From contig VRVR01000002.1 of NCBI GenBank assembly GCA_009859145.1, positions 256,724-320,723 on the forward strand: a DNA stretch of 64,000 bases, given 5' to 3'. Made by a program: the position numbers and the translations under genes. How positions within the stretch are numbered: position 1 is the stretch's first letter; every line of letters begins with the position of its first letter. The notes under the pieces were generated by a model, which saw only the letters and a program-made list of their open reading frames with translations, ran no database searches and was not told where the DNA came from. Shown piece by piece: positions 21,242 through 32,537 of this stretch. This DNA comes from Andalucia godoyi And28 (Eukaryota > Protista > Jakobida).

Positions 21242-22023
21242 TGAACTTGGCGTACGGAATGGAATCGAACCAAAAGGAACGAAAAGCAGTGTATGGGAAT
21301 TACTATAATTATTTCTCGTACTGACGTCGCTGCAGCGATGGATGAATGTTGAGGTTTTCCTTGGATAGATCCAAGCACACTGCCGAAGAAATGGCACCGG
21401 GAGGGGGTCGGTCGAGAACAGAACAGAACAGAAAATAGAACGTAGAAAACGGGAAAGGGCGTACTCTGAAAAGTAAACAACGACGAAACAACAAAACAGT
21501 CTTGTCGCTCGATCCAGCTGGATCTCTGGTAACAGCAAGACGTCCGTGCGTGCTCATACGAGCTTTAAGAGGGTGCACGACGACACAGCGTCGACAAACG
21601 AGCAAAAAAGATGGGGCTTCTACTGCAAAAGTTCGTCCAACTGCTCGGCGGCATCGGCAATCGCACTCGAGCTGTCTGGATCTGGATCGGATCGTTTCCT
21701 TTTGAAGTCGCACCAACGAGCAGATGATATTACACGGAGATTTTTGTGTTTTACAAGTGCGAAGCAGACAGTCGCGAGTCTGCTGGAAACGTCAATCCGT
21801 GTCGCTGCGACACTGCGCGGACCTAGAGCAGAACACATCACGGATGGCCCAATTGCGATGGCCGATGATCCGCAGCTTCTGCATGTCACTGGTTGATGAC
21901 ATGCATACAGCTTTTTGCCATGCTGCACGCTGCAACGCGTGCGAGATAAGCGCTTCTCAGAAACATTGATGAAGAATGCCATAAAAGCCAAAAATAGTTT
22001 TCCCCTCCCTTCTCCCCTTTTAT

Positions 22024-23714
22024 TTACGAGGTACTACTGCCTGCTGGTCGCTTGCGCTTGCTGGGCGGGGGATCCAAAGCCTGCTCGGATGCGATGGAGC
22101 CATCGTTCAAGTCGTTCAGGCTCGTCTGAGCGATACGCATGCTCCTCCGAACATCCGGGTCCGACACAGCGACTTCTGCTGGTAATGCGGTGCCGCCCGT
22201 TGTGAGACGTTCCTCCAAGGACGGCTTGTCTGCGGCAAACGTTTCCTTCTCAGGCGATTCCGGATGGGACTTCTTTTGGGATTTGGGCTTCGATTTCGCA
22301 GTCGTGGAGGCAGACTCTGCGGCTGGCAGCAGCGACTGCTTCTTGGCTGCTTTGAGGTTGGCCGATCGCTTAGCACCGCGCTTGACAGTGGATCCCGCTG
22401 GAAGCAACGGGCCTGCGTTGCCGAAGAACCAGACCATACGCGCATTGCTGTCTTTGCACGAGTTTGCCTCCTTCTTCCCATAGACCTTGAGCCACTGGTC
22501 AAACTGCACTTCGGAGCTCTCCTCCGTTCCGTATGCTACCGAGAATCAACAATAGTGAGAATCCCCGATGAATAAGAGTGAGAAGAACAGCAATGAGAAG
22601 AGAACGAGAACGTACCAAATTCGAGAGCGATTGCTTCTTCTGCAATTGTCTTGCACAGTCGAATAATGTCGCGAGGATCTGAACCGTCATCCACAATTGG
22701 CAGCTTCTCCAGTACGGTCCGAGCGCGGTCGAAAGGTCGAACGTCTGCGCGGTGCATGATCTCGGCACGAAGATAATTGCCAATACCTGCATGGAATGTC
22801 AATTTCGTAAGCGTGAAACAGTTCGAGGGAAAACCGCAGTGCGGAGAAAGAATGGTGTGAAAAACATACCATTGAAATATTCCTGATCAAGAAGCACCTC
22901 GCAAATTGGGTGATTAAAGGCAGCCTTTGCCATATTGGTAAGCACGTTCTCTCGAAACTCCGCGTACTCTGTAATCGGATCAGGGCCCCGCAACTCGCCC
23001 CAAGAAGATGCAGACTGGACGACTTGCCACGTACCGAACCGCCGTTGATCCACGTGTCTGACAATGTTTTCACCATTAGCACTTGCAAAAGAGAAGCGAA
23101 GCGGTGCAGAATTCATCTCCAGCAAACACCGTCAAAGAAATAAAGTGGTGTAAGAACGTACGAAATCACCGTCCCATCATCTGCAAAGATGCTAAAATGG
23201 GCATGCTTGGGAAGCTCCGAAGCCTGGTTAAAGACACTGAAGTTACCCGTCTGTGTGTATTCGACATCACTGCTATTAGTGCACCACTGCATTCTACAAA
23301 CTATAATATATATAATAATAATAGTAAACATCGTTTCACAAACCACGAAAAATACGTACCATTCCCATCCGAAACAGAACAAACATTGAATGCGGCTCTG
23401 CTGCCGAATCAACTGCAGAGAGCGTCAAAATCATCTCCTGAGCTCATCATCAGTCATTAGTCAACCTCTGCATTCAAGCACATGATCATCGATTGAAAAC
23501 GCTACACAGGACACGAAAGAAAGAAAGAAAGAGAGAAGAGACAAACCTTCCCCCGGGTTTGAGAGGTCAGATGGAATCCTTTTTTCCAAGAAGATGGAAT
23601 TTCAACAGCTTCGCATTTGTGAATCTGCGACTTTGCAATCTTCACGAACGTTTTCATCATCGCAGTGGCATTGATGATGCGCGAAAACACATGAATATCG
23701 GAAAGCTCTGGCAT
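22024..23714 (-). CDS. NEIL1: NEIL1-like DNA glycosylase/AP lyase (Fpg/Nei family), 6 exons, ~401 aa
   Basis: Exons 23714-23547, 23437-23360, 23250-23162, 23057-22870, 22786-22616 and 22535-22024 are joined by GT-AG introns with consistent phases (1206 nt in total). Motifs: MPEL (catalytic Pro-Glu), RGKE, FRMGMTG, VDQRRFG, LLDQEYFNGIGNYLRAE (H2TH) and the zincless-finger DSNARMVWFFGNAGP. Confidence 0.92.
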
Positions 23715-23940
23715 CCTCGCACGTTTTATAGTTTTTTTTTAAAATGACGGGACAGTCCAACCGCATAACGATGGGAAGAAAAGAAGAGGAAGAAAACAGT
23801 TAGCCACTCCCTCTTCCAAGTCTCCAACATCATTATCATTTCATTTTTCCTTTGCCAAAAACGGAGAAGGAACTCAACAGAAGATGCTCATTCTTGCATG
23901 CATTCTTGTGCATTCTGGTGGGCCCGCGCTTCCATAAAAT

Positions 23941-23958
23941 TCAATTCAGAAATTCCAG
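23941..23958. repeat. 5' arm of the asymmetric inverted repeat (TCAATTCAGAAATTCCAG)
   Basis: 15/18 match to the reverse complement of 25353-25370 (TCAATGCAGGGATTCCAG); 20/26 when extended to 23933 and 25378. Confidence 0.7.
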
Positions 23959-24251
23959 CTGCTCCTCAAACCGTCCTTCTTTTTCCCGTTTCCGTTTCTC
24001 TCGTTTCCTTTTCCCTTTTGCCTGTTATCCGCTGTCTCTCGTCGCTTGGATTTTGTTTGTTGAACCCATTCCCTTTCTCCCGTTTCACCTTGGACTTCGT
24101 TGTGTCAAATAAAATATTGCATAAAACACTGCTGCGTTCGTATTTTGATGTTTCACCGTTTTTATTTGGCACCACATCCTCCTCACACTTCGCCACACGT
24201 TGTCGGTTTGTCTGTTCCGTCGGTTTCATACTTGCACGTTTTCGGAACCCG

Positions 24252-25306
24252 ATGGTGCAGGTGGTGAAAGCTGCGCTCCGAGAGCGGCTGCGCCATCCCG
24301 ATCTGCACGATTGCCCTCCTGAGTTGGGTGAGCGATTTGTCGTTCATCACGTGGCGCGGCGCACTCCTGCTAAACCACTACCTCGCCTTTGTGTTGGAGA
24401 ATGACCTGCCCTTTCCCGATTTCAAGGATTCGTTCTTGCTGAATGCATTTACGTTTCCGGATGGCCGCATCACTGCTACTTCTTGCGAGTCCGTCCCTGC
24501 ACTCACCGCCTTTGCGGAGGAGCATTGGGACGACCATCCGCGGCTGCAGGGAGTCGGGTACAGAGGGGAGTACTGCCACGCGTTGCGGCATCTCGCGAGA
24601 GAGTGCCAAACCAACATGGCGAACGGCTTCAAGTTCGGTCTTGAGGCGAAGCTGCGTCGCCATGTCTTCGCATCCATTCCCGCAGACGGCCAAGACGGAC
24701 GGCGTGTTGGTGTCCTTCGGCCCCGAGTACGAGACCATGTGCAGACCGCGTGCGGCTGACGACGAGATGGTCCCCAGAGAGCCCCACCCCAGGAGAAGGC
24801 GCGCGGCAGCGGGGCGCGACGATCAGCAGCAGCAGCCGCGTCAGGTGCCGGCGGGCATGACGCTTGTCGGGATCGACCCAGGGCGCGCAAACATCTTGAC
24901 CGCGTTCGACGGGACTGCCGTGCGCAGCGAGATGCGCAACCAGTGGTATCATGCCACCGGTGCAAATGCGGAGCGCAGGTGGATGGGGCAACGCAGCGGT
25001 CGTGTTTGCGAGATTCTGGATGAGTTGTCGGCGCTGCCGCGGACCAATCAAGAGGCCGACTGGTTTCCGCATCTTCACTTCTACAGGGCGCATGTCAATG
25101 CCCTTTGGAGTCATTTCACGAACCACCAGGGGTTGAGACACTGCGCCACAGTGAACTGCCCATCTGACCGCCGGTGCGTGGGCCGCGATGCCAACGCCGC
25201 GATGAACATTCGTCAGTGCTGGCTCAGCCGACCGCGGTTCTTGTGTCGGAATCCACGCAGTATTCCTAGTGCTAGCGAGCTGGAGTCTCGCGTAGGGCAC
25301 TCATGA
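24252..25306 (+). pseudogene. Fanzor1-like (TnpB-family RuvC) nuclease pseudogene: two frame changes and two internal deletions
   Basis: Removing one T at 24311-12 gives MVQVVKAALRERLRHPDLHDALLSWVSDLSFITWRGALLLNHYLAFVLENDLPFPD. After a second frame change (~24670) come KTDGVLVSF, RuvC-I GIDPGRANI (24869), QWYHATG, then GLRHCATVNC..GRDANAAMNI (RuvC-III, 25184) and RPRFLCR. The RuvC-II Glu region and the first CxxC pair are absent. Confidence 0.88.
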
Positions 25307-25400
25307 AGATTGAAAATGTCTGGTTCTGCCAGGCATTTCACGCCTCTCGTTCCTGGAATCCCTGCATTGATTTAAATGGGTGTGCTCTAAAATACCCGAC
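25275..25400 (+). ncRNA. Candidate Fanzor omegaRNA scaffold at the element right end
   Basis: Hairpins 25275-25291, 25311-25340 and 25377-25398, plus a long-range pairing 25293-25300 with 25382-25389. The position (overlapping the ORF end and running to the right end) is where TnpB/Fanzor omegaRNAs are encoded. The 5' boundary is uncertain. Confidence 0.6.
25353..25370. repeat. 3' subterminal arm of the asymmetric inverted repeat
   Basis: CTGGAATCCCTGCATTGA; lies 6 nt upstream of the terminal hairpin. Confidence 0.7.
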
Positions 25401-25411
25401 TTTTTCTTTTA

Positions 25412-28400
25412 CTAGGACATGATATCGAGGCCGACATATCGAGAAAACGCAACGTTCAGCAGATTGTTGAATTCATCGTCAGACATCTTGCGAGGGCGAA
25501 CCGCAGCCTGCTTCTTCCCAGAGCCCTGTTTGGCGAACTGCTCCATCATGGACCGCGGTATGTCGTCATAGCGAACACACGACAGGGGCTGGCCATAGGT
25601 GCCTTTAAGATGTCCGTCTTCGATTCTCACAAACAGCGAGGCGCAGTTCATAAATTTAAACTTTTGCGACGACAGGTTTTCCGCAACGACGTCGTCAAAA
25701 GACTTGGAATCGTCTTTCAGCTGATCAATAAGACCGTCGGGGACGCGGCCCAGAAAGACGGGAACTTTCAAAGTTCCGCAACGCACGTGATTTCCGTCAT
25801 CCGCCAAGATTGGGCACAGCGCAAACCCGAGAGACTGGATCGGAGGAGGGTCAAGATACCGAACTGTTGAAAAGACTTCGAGGACAACACACAAGTTTCG
25901 GTGCCGAGGGATGTTCTTGAATTCCTGCAATCCGTCCAACCATTCTGGGCACCGAGCGTCGGACTCATAGTCGTTTTTCATTGTCAACTTCACGCCATGG
26001 GACAATCGCATCGGGGAATAGAAATGCCCGGGAGGACATACAGAATATACAACCTTCACAACAGCCTCCTTTTGCGGCATATTCATCCCAGCGTCCACAG
26101 AGACGGAGAATCCATATGCAGGATCGTAACTCGCAATGTAGCTGTAATCAAGAGCCTTCTCATTGCTTGAAGCACGGTTCCGAAACACGTCTGAAATGAG
26201 CTTGTCCAGCTTTTCATCTGATGTTGGAGGCGAACGAAGCACGCTCGACGCAACGTCTCGAACAAGCGCATCTGGCACAGACGAACGCTGCTTCATTATA
26301 GCCTTTTCAGTATCAGAGAGGACACAGAGAGATTGGCCGTAGATCTTTGGAGAATACCGAGTTGCCGGAATCCACACCCCAGTTTCTTGCCACTTGTCAC
26401 GTTTCACATCCGTCAAGCCAAGAATCTTCTTTCCATTGCGAGGTGCTTTCAGCACGCGAAGCAGAACTGTCGCACAACATACTTTGGGGACGTCATCCAG
26501 CGCGGATGCGGTCACTTTGGCAGAATTCAGCAACGAGTGTTGATGCAGACACACTTCAAACCCTCCCTCGTTGAGCCGAACGTCAGTGAAAACTGCAGAA
26601 ATTGGCTGTTTTTCGGTCCCATTGTCGATGAACAAATTCAACAAGGAGTGGCCAACGATGCAACGCTCGACATCGTACTTATCAATTGCCTCAAGTTGCA
26701 CGTGGATGGTGCATGTAGAGTCCAACCCTTTCAAATCGCGAATCTCCAGTTTCGTACCAAATGTTGGGGAAATGGCCGAGCCTCCAACCGCGCAGCATCC
26801 CGATGCAGACTTGCCAACGCTCTTTCCAGCAACGTTGAAGGTCCCAATAGTAACCTTGGAAATCGTCACATTAAGAGGAAGGTTGCGAGCTCCGTCGATG
26901 TAAACATCAATTCCGTCGTCCCTGGACCACTGTCTTGTGGACGCAGGCTTTTCAACGTCCGCCACGTCTGCCGCTTCGTCAGTCTCCGACACAGCATCAA
27001 TAATCGGCACTTCAACGAGATATTCAGAAGCACCAATGGGAGTCCGCTTCAGAGCAACCTCGAGCTTTGCATTTGACAAGCCTACTTTAACAGGAGGATC
27101 ACGCAGAATATCTACCATATCTGCGCCAGTTGGACCAGACCCTGGAACTCTCATGGGACGGCCGTTGAGCTCGAGAACAACGACTCCATCGACGAACTTC
27201 TCCAGATCAACAAAACTGTATGCAATGAAGACGTCCTTGTTGCACAAAACCTGGAAAACCAAGACTGTCGCGGGTCCGATCGGGACATCCAAAAGCCCCC
27301 CGGTACTTCCTAGAGCCAGGAAATCAACAGAGGATATCGATGTCGCGTCGGTGTCCGCAATAAAATACTTGTTGGTTCCAGAAGCCGCTTCGTCGCGAAC
27401 AAGCGGCTTTCCTGCAGTGTACACAATCCCACGAACTCGCACTACAGAAGCCCCACTGAGATCCATCCCGCGAAGTGCGAGGGACTTGAAATAAACTGAA
27501 GAACGCAGAGTGGCAGCGGGGTCAGGGAGAGCGGGAGCGGGCGCAGATCCTGGTTCGGAATCCAGAGTATCGACGCTTTCTTCTTCCAGCTTCTTCTTCT
27601 CGGGAGTCTGAGGGACAACAGGCGGAGCGGCAGCGGGCGGAACCGATGGAACAGACTCCTTCTTTGATGGCTCTACCTCATTCTTCTTCGACTCTTTCTC
27701 TTCCGGTTCTTCCCTCTTTGTAGACTTTGCGTCTGGCAGACTACGCACAGGTTCTGCAGAATACGCGGCCGGAAAGCGGTACTCCCCAAGTGAAATGTCC
27801 GGATTCACTCCAATCTTAGCCTGTTCATCCACTTGAGAAGCAACCGCAATTCGGACAAAGAAGCATAAATTCGGTATCCGTTTTCCCTGGCTATTCAACG
27901 TTGCCGCATCAATTGCAGAATTGACGGGCTGATAGAACACAGGAAGCTTCAGGCGGCCGGTGACCAACGTCCCGTCGCGTTCAAATGGTTCAACAATTGT
28001 CCAGCCGATAGGCTGAGTTTTTGCAGGCGAGTCCGGCGACGCGGCAGGAGCAAGCACAGATTGCAATTCAAACATAAACTTGAAATCTGCAGCGGCAGGA
28101 ACTTTCGCAAATCTTCGGACCGTTGCAAAAATGCAACGCAAGTGACTTACACCATCGGACTCGGCGTCGAAAGTGGGCAGTGCTCGAACCTTTGCCCTTT
28201 GTACGCTTCCATTGAACGCTGCGTAGGCGACCGATACTTGTGTATTGTTCGGAGGCAATCCAGTGCAGTAATCGAAAAACAAACCAAAGCCTTGCTCCGG
28301 AACGTATTGGGAAGTTCTCGAAGACTGCGATGTATCTGAAAGGCCCTCTTGGGCTAGCTGCTTCTTCAACTTTGCCTCCATCACTGCGCGCTTTTGCTCT

Positions 28401-30767
28401 TCCATCCATCGCTCATGCTCCTCTCGTTTGGCAGACTCGCGCTTTTCGCGTTCCATTTCGTCTTTGAGTTTTTGCAACTTTGATTCTTTTGCTAGCTTTT
28501 CCATCTCGAAATCAATGCGAGCTAATTCCTTGACGTGCTCTTCTCGAAGCTCGTCTAAATGATTTGACTTTTGGTCGTTTCTCCTGGGAGTAGCAGCAGC
28601 AACAGGTGAAGGGGACCGGGATCTTTGAGAATTGCTATCATGGTACTCCTCTCCAGCACCAGGATTTTCCCGCTGGTTCCCATGTTTACTCGGATCCCTG
28701 GGACGGCCGGACGGCCGCTCAAGACCGTATGGAGTGCGACCATGTCGGCCATGAATTGGGTCGCGACTTCCAGGCCTCCTCGATTTAAGATCTGAAAGAC
28801 GCTGCACGTGGTCCCGCAGCTTTTCATTCTCAGCATCCTGCTTCTTCAGCAACTCCTGTGTCTCTTGAATTTGCTTCTCAAGAGCCTCGAGCATTGGATC
28901 TTTGAATTGGTTCGCATTCGGGGACCTCGCTGGAGGTTGTCCATAATGTGGGCGAGCAGAAAGTGGGGCACTGGCTGCTGGAGGCGGCATACTCGAGGCA
29001 GAAGACACGGCGCTGCCGAACAGCAGCTTTTCGACCTCTTGAATTTCGTTCAGAATCGCGGGGTCGCTGCCGCCGGACTGCCTATACAAATTTCGCAGTG
29101 AGTCAAGCTCTGCGTGCAGTTGCCTCACATCCGGATTCGCATCAAACTGTGGCGCCGACCGCGGCCTCGGAACGCTTCGATCATGCGGAGCAACAACATC
29201 CAAACTACTCAAAGACTCTGCACAGTGCTCAGCTTTTCGCTGTTTGTGTTCTGCCAAAAATAAATCCAATGCTTCAAGATCCTTTTCATCGGATGAAGGC
29301 CGCGCATCTGCTGCTGCTGCTGCATGACTTGCGTCTGCGCCATAGCGCTCATTCTTCAGTTCACCCAAACGTTTCTCAGATTGGGCGCTTCTTTGCTTCA
29401 AATCCTCGACAAACCTGTCAAGCTCATCAGCAGCATTTGGGGTCTTTAGCTTACTTCGATCTGCGCTGGGTTGGATGGCAATCATGCGTTGTTGAATCTT
29501 TTCTCGTTCCTGCTGCAGAGCTTGGTTCTCAAACTTGTGCCTCGTTTCCTGGATTGCTTGTTGGCGAACCAACTCCTCGCGGTCCCCTCGAACCTGGGCG
29601 CCATGCGACATGAAACTCTGCAGCTTTTCCTGCGCTTCCGTCCTCTCCTTTTCTCTGTTCAGGATGCGCTGCTCTAATCCATCGATCTCTGCCTGAATAT
29701 CGTTCTCTCTTCTGAAAAGTCGTTCTCGCTCTCGTTGCAGTTTCTTCAGTTCCTCTTTTTTCTCACTCTCCAACACGGCCAACTTCTCTCGGTCCAGCTT
29801 GTCCACGGCTTTCCGAGTCCTTTCCATCTCTAATCGAACCACCATATCCTGCTCTTTGCGACTCTCAAGTTCGTCCAGAAGCACCGCCAACTTCTTTTCT
29901 TTCTCGCGCTGCATCAACACAAGTTCCTGCTGCTGTTCTCTAATGCTCTTCTGCTTGTCCGCTTCTTGGACTTTAAGATCCTTTTCAAAAATCCGCATCA
30001 ACCTTTTCATTTCCTCCTCGTCCTTCTTCATTCGACTGCGAAAGTCGGAAATCGACACTTGCGAAGTTGACGCAGAGCCATCCAACACCGCTCGGACATC
30101 TTCCACCGATGCATTTTCACTCCTTGAAAGACGATCCCACAAAAAGAATCGCGTGCCGAATCGGCAAATAATATCAATATTGATGGACGTATGAATGGAA
30201 AATACGCATGCAAAACAAAAAACAAAACAAGAAGAACGAAAGAAAGAAACCCCATAGAAACTCGGGGGTACGGAGAGAGGAGGACGTACAATGAGTGTGA
30301 AGGCAGCGGTCTGCATGCACTGGAAGCCAGTTCTTGTCTGAGCCTTGCGGGATCCGAATACACCGAGTCCACACAAAACTATCGAGCGCAAGCAGAAAAG
30401 CAAGCAGAAAAGAACAATAAGTAAGATAAGCACATGAAAACGATATCTTCTCCGGTGATTGGAAATCATTAGTGCAGAGCACGGCATACCTTCTTCTTGT
30501 GGTTCGCCAATTGTTCCGTCGTTTGAAACGATATTTTACATTCTCTAACAAATGAATACGCAGCGGCCAGAAGAGGAAAAGGCAGAATTAAAATAAAGAA
30601 CAGTAAGTAACAGTTCCCCTCTCTTTTTTTCATTTTCATTTTCATTTTCTTCTTGGTTTGTTGCATGAAATGAATGAATCATTTCTGGAAGCAGCGAAAG
30701 AAGCAAGAAGGGATATATAAAAAAGTACATACTCGCAGTAGTATTGAGCGGAGAACGCAGACGACAT
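25412..30767 (-). CDS. CCDC17-like ciliary-type protein (N-terminal Zn-finger-like motif, coiled coils, C2-like domains), 4 exons, ~1629 aa
   Basis: Exons 30767-30733, 30544-30490, 30378-30290 and 30122-25412 splice in phase to give MSSAFSAQYYCEECKISFQTTEQLANHKKKFC... Later segments GFGLFFDYCTGLP and DGIDVYIDGARNLPLNVTISKV are as I recall from CCDC17-like proteins. Confidence 0.7.
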
Positions 30768-31234
30768 TTTCCTTGCTCAGTGTCTTTTAGATACTGCTGG
30801 TTGACGCTTGTTAGTCGGTTTCGTTGGATGATGTTTATAATGACAATGATGATGATGATGCAGAAGGGCACTGAGCTGAGAGGGAAACGAGAAAATGAAA
30901 AAAAAAAGTCTGAATCACGTACTCGGGTGGCGGCGACATCAAACGGAGGAATCGGAGGTTGCGGGAATCGCACGTTAGGCAATTGAAGTTGGTTCGAATC
31001 CTCAACCAAAGAGCAACAGCAAAACACAACTTATATGACACTCGAGGGAAAATGCCCCATTTCATTTCCCACTATTTTATCCGAGTCTTTCCTTCACCTA
31101 AAGCCGTTCTTCATCATTTCATTTTCATTCTTCGTTCTTCGTTGTACTGTATAGTTCTTGAACCATCACTATATATTACTTTGTGGTTTCTTTATTTCTT
31201 TTTAACAAGTCGTGAAACTGCACTGCTCCCCATC

Positions 31235-32063
31235 ATGGAAGGTATGTCCTCTTTCTTTCTCTTTATGTGCGTGTGTGTTTGTGTTGTTTTATCTCCCCCA
31301 TTTGAGTTTCGGGATTTGTGTGTCATTTGCTTATCATTTTATTATTTATTTTATTTATTTATTTATTTGTTTGTTTGTTTGTTTTACTTTCTTGAACATT
31401 TGCTGGTGTTCTCGGAATGAATGAATGAATAAATGGATGAATGAATAAATGGATGGATGGATGGAAACGACGACAGAACAACTTTTCCGACTAAAGTTTG
31501 CGACAAAGCAGTTTGAGCGCAGCGCGAAAAAGGCTGAAAAGGCAGCGAAGGACGAGCGGTTGAAAGTGAAGAAGGCGATGGAGAAGGGGAATATGGAGGG
31601 TGCGCGGATTTATGCACAGAATGCGATTCGAAAGCAAAACGAGTATATCAATCATTTGCGACTGGCAGCGCGGTTGGATGCTGTGTCGTCGAGGCTTGAT
31701 ACTGCTTGCAAGATGAACCAGGTGACGAAGACCATGGGGGGAATTGTGGGGTCGCTTGACAAGGCGCTGAACCAGATGGATGTGATGCAGATCACGAATG
31801 TAATGGATAAGTTTGAGACGCAATTTGAGGATCTCGACGTGCGCTCGTCCTATGTCGAAAATGCTATGAGCAGCTCTACTGCGCTCAGCACCCCGGAAAC
31901 AGACGTTGAGGCGCTTATGGCCGAAGTCGCAGATGAACACGGCCTCCAAATCTCAGAACAAATGTCATCTGTCAGCGCAAAGAACCAAAAAGAACTCGCC
32001 CTGGACAAAGAAGGCGACGATCTCTCCGCCCGTCTTGCAAAGCTCCAAAAGGGAAAGTCATAA
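31235..32063 (+). CDS. CHMP1: ESCRT-III subunit CHMP1/Did2/Vps46, 7-nt first exon, ~197 aa
   Basis: ATGGAAG (31235-31241), intron GTATGT...CAG (31242-31476), then AACAACTT gives MEEQLFRLKFATKQFER. Also GNMEGARIYAQNAIRK, LAARLDAV and C-terminal DDLSARLAKL (MIM-like). Confidence 0.9.
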
Positions 32064-32537
32064 ACATCATCCGCTGGTTCTTGCTCTCGTCCCCAATCCC
32101 CTTGTATTATTTTTTTTCCCCCCCTTCCGTGGAAGTTGTGGTTGTCTTGCCTCGTGTTCCCCTCCTGGCCCCCGGCCCCACAGCACAGCACACCGCACCA
32201 TCTTTTTGTAAAGCTCTGATTTTTTTAATCCTTATTTTTTAATTACAATAAATTATTGTGAATGCCTGCTGTAGCCTGTACACGCCTTCGAAAGTGCGGA
32301 AAAAAGGCAGACAGAGTCCGCAAAATGGACAGAAATGTGCAAAAATGCGGGAAGGCTTTCCTTTTTGTGTTCTCCGCTTCTTTTCAAAACTTGCAAAGTT
32401 TCCAAAAGAAACTGTCCAAACGTGTTTTTGTTCTGCGGTTTTCATTTGTTTTCATTTCCCCCCAATTTTTCATTCCTTCTGAGAGGACGTGATTGGAGTT
32501 GCTGGGTCTTTTTGTACTTGTTTTTTTCCAGGTTGCG

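Larger units (their letters stand above)
23926..25400 (+). mobile_element. Non-autonomous Fanzor1-carrying element with asymmetric terminal inverted repeats and a 3' terminal hairpin
   Basis: The left boundary is set by the end of homology with copy 1 (23926; the alternative left end is 23941). The right boundary is inferred from the subterminal inverted repeat 25353-25370, the hairpin 25377-25398 and the following T-run. No transposase ORF is present. Confidence 0.85.

Noticed and set aside
25398-25416. Hairpin followed by CTAG, resembling a canonical Helitron1 3' end
   Set aside because: The CTAG contains the stop codon of the host CCDC17-like gene, is followed by G rather than the T of an A|T target, and there is no matching 5' A|TC start.
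30991-31001. GGTTCGAATCC, a tRNA T-loop/B-box-like motif
   Set aside because: The flanking bases do not form a 5-bp T stem, and no D arm, anticodon arm or acceptor stem could be built.
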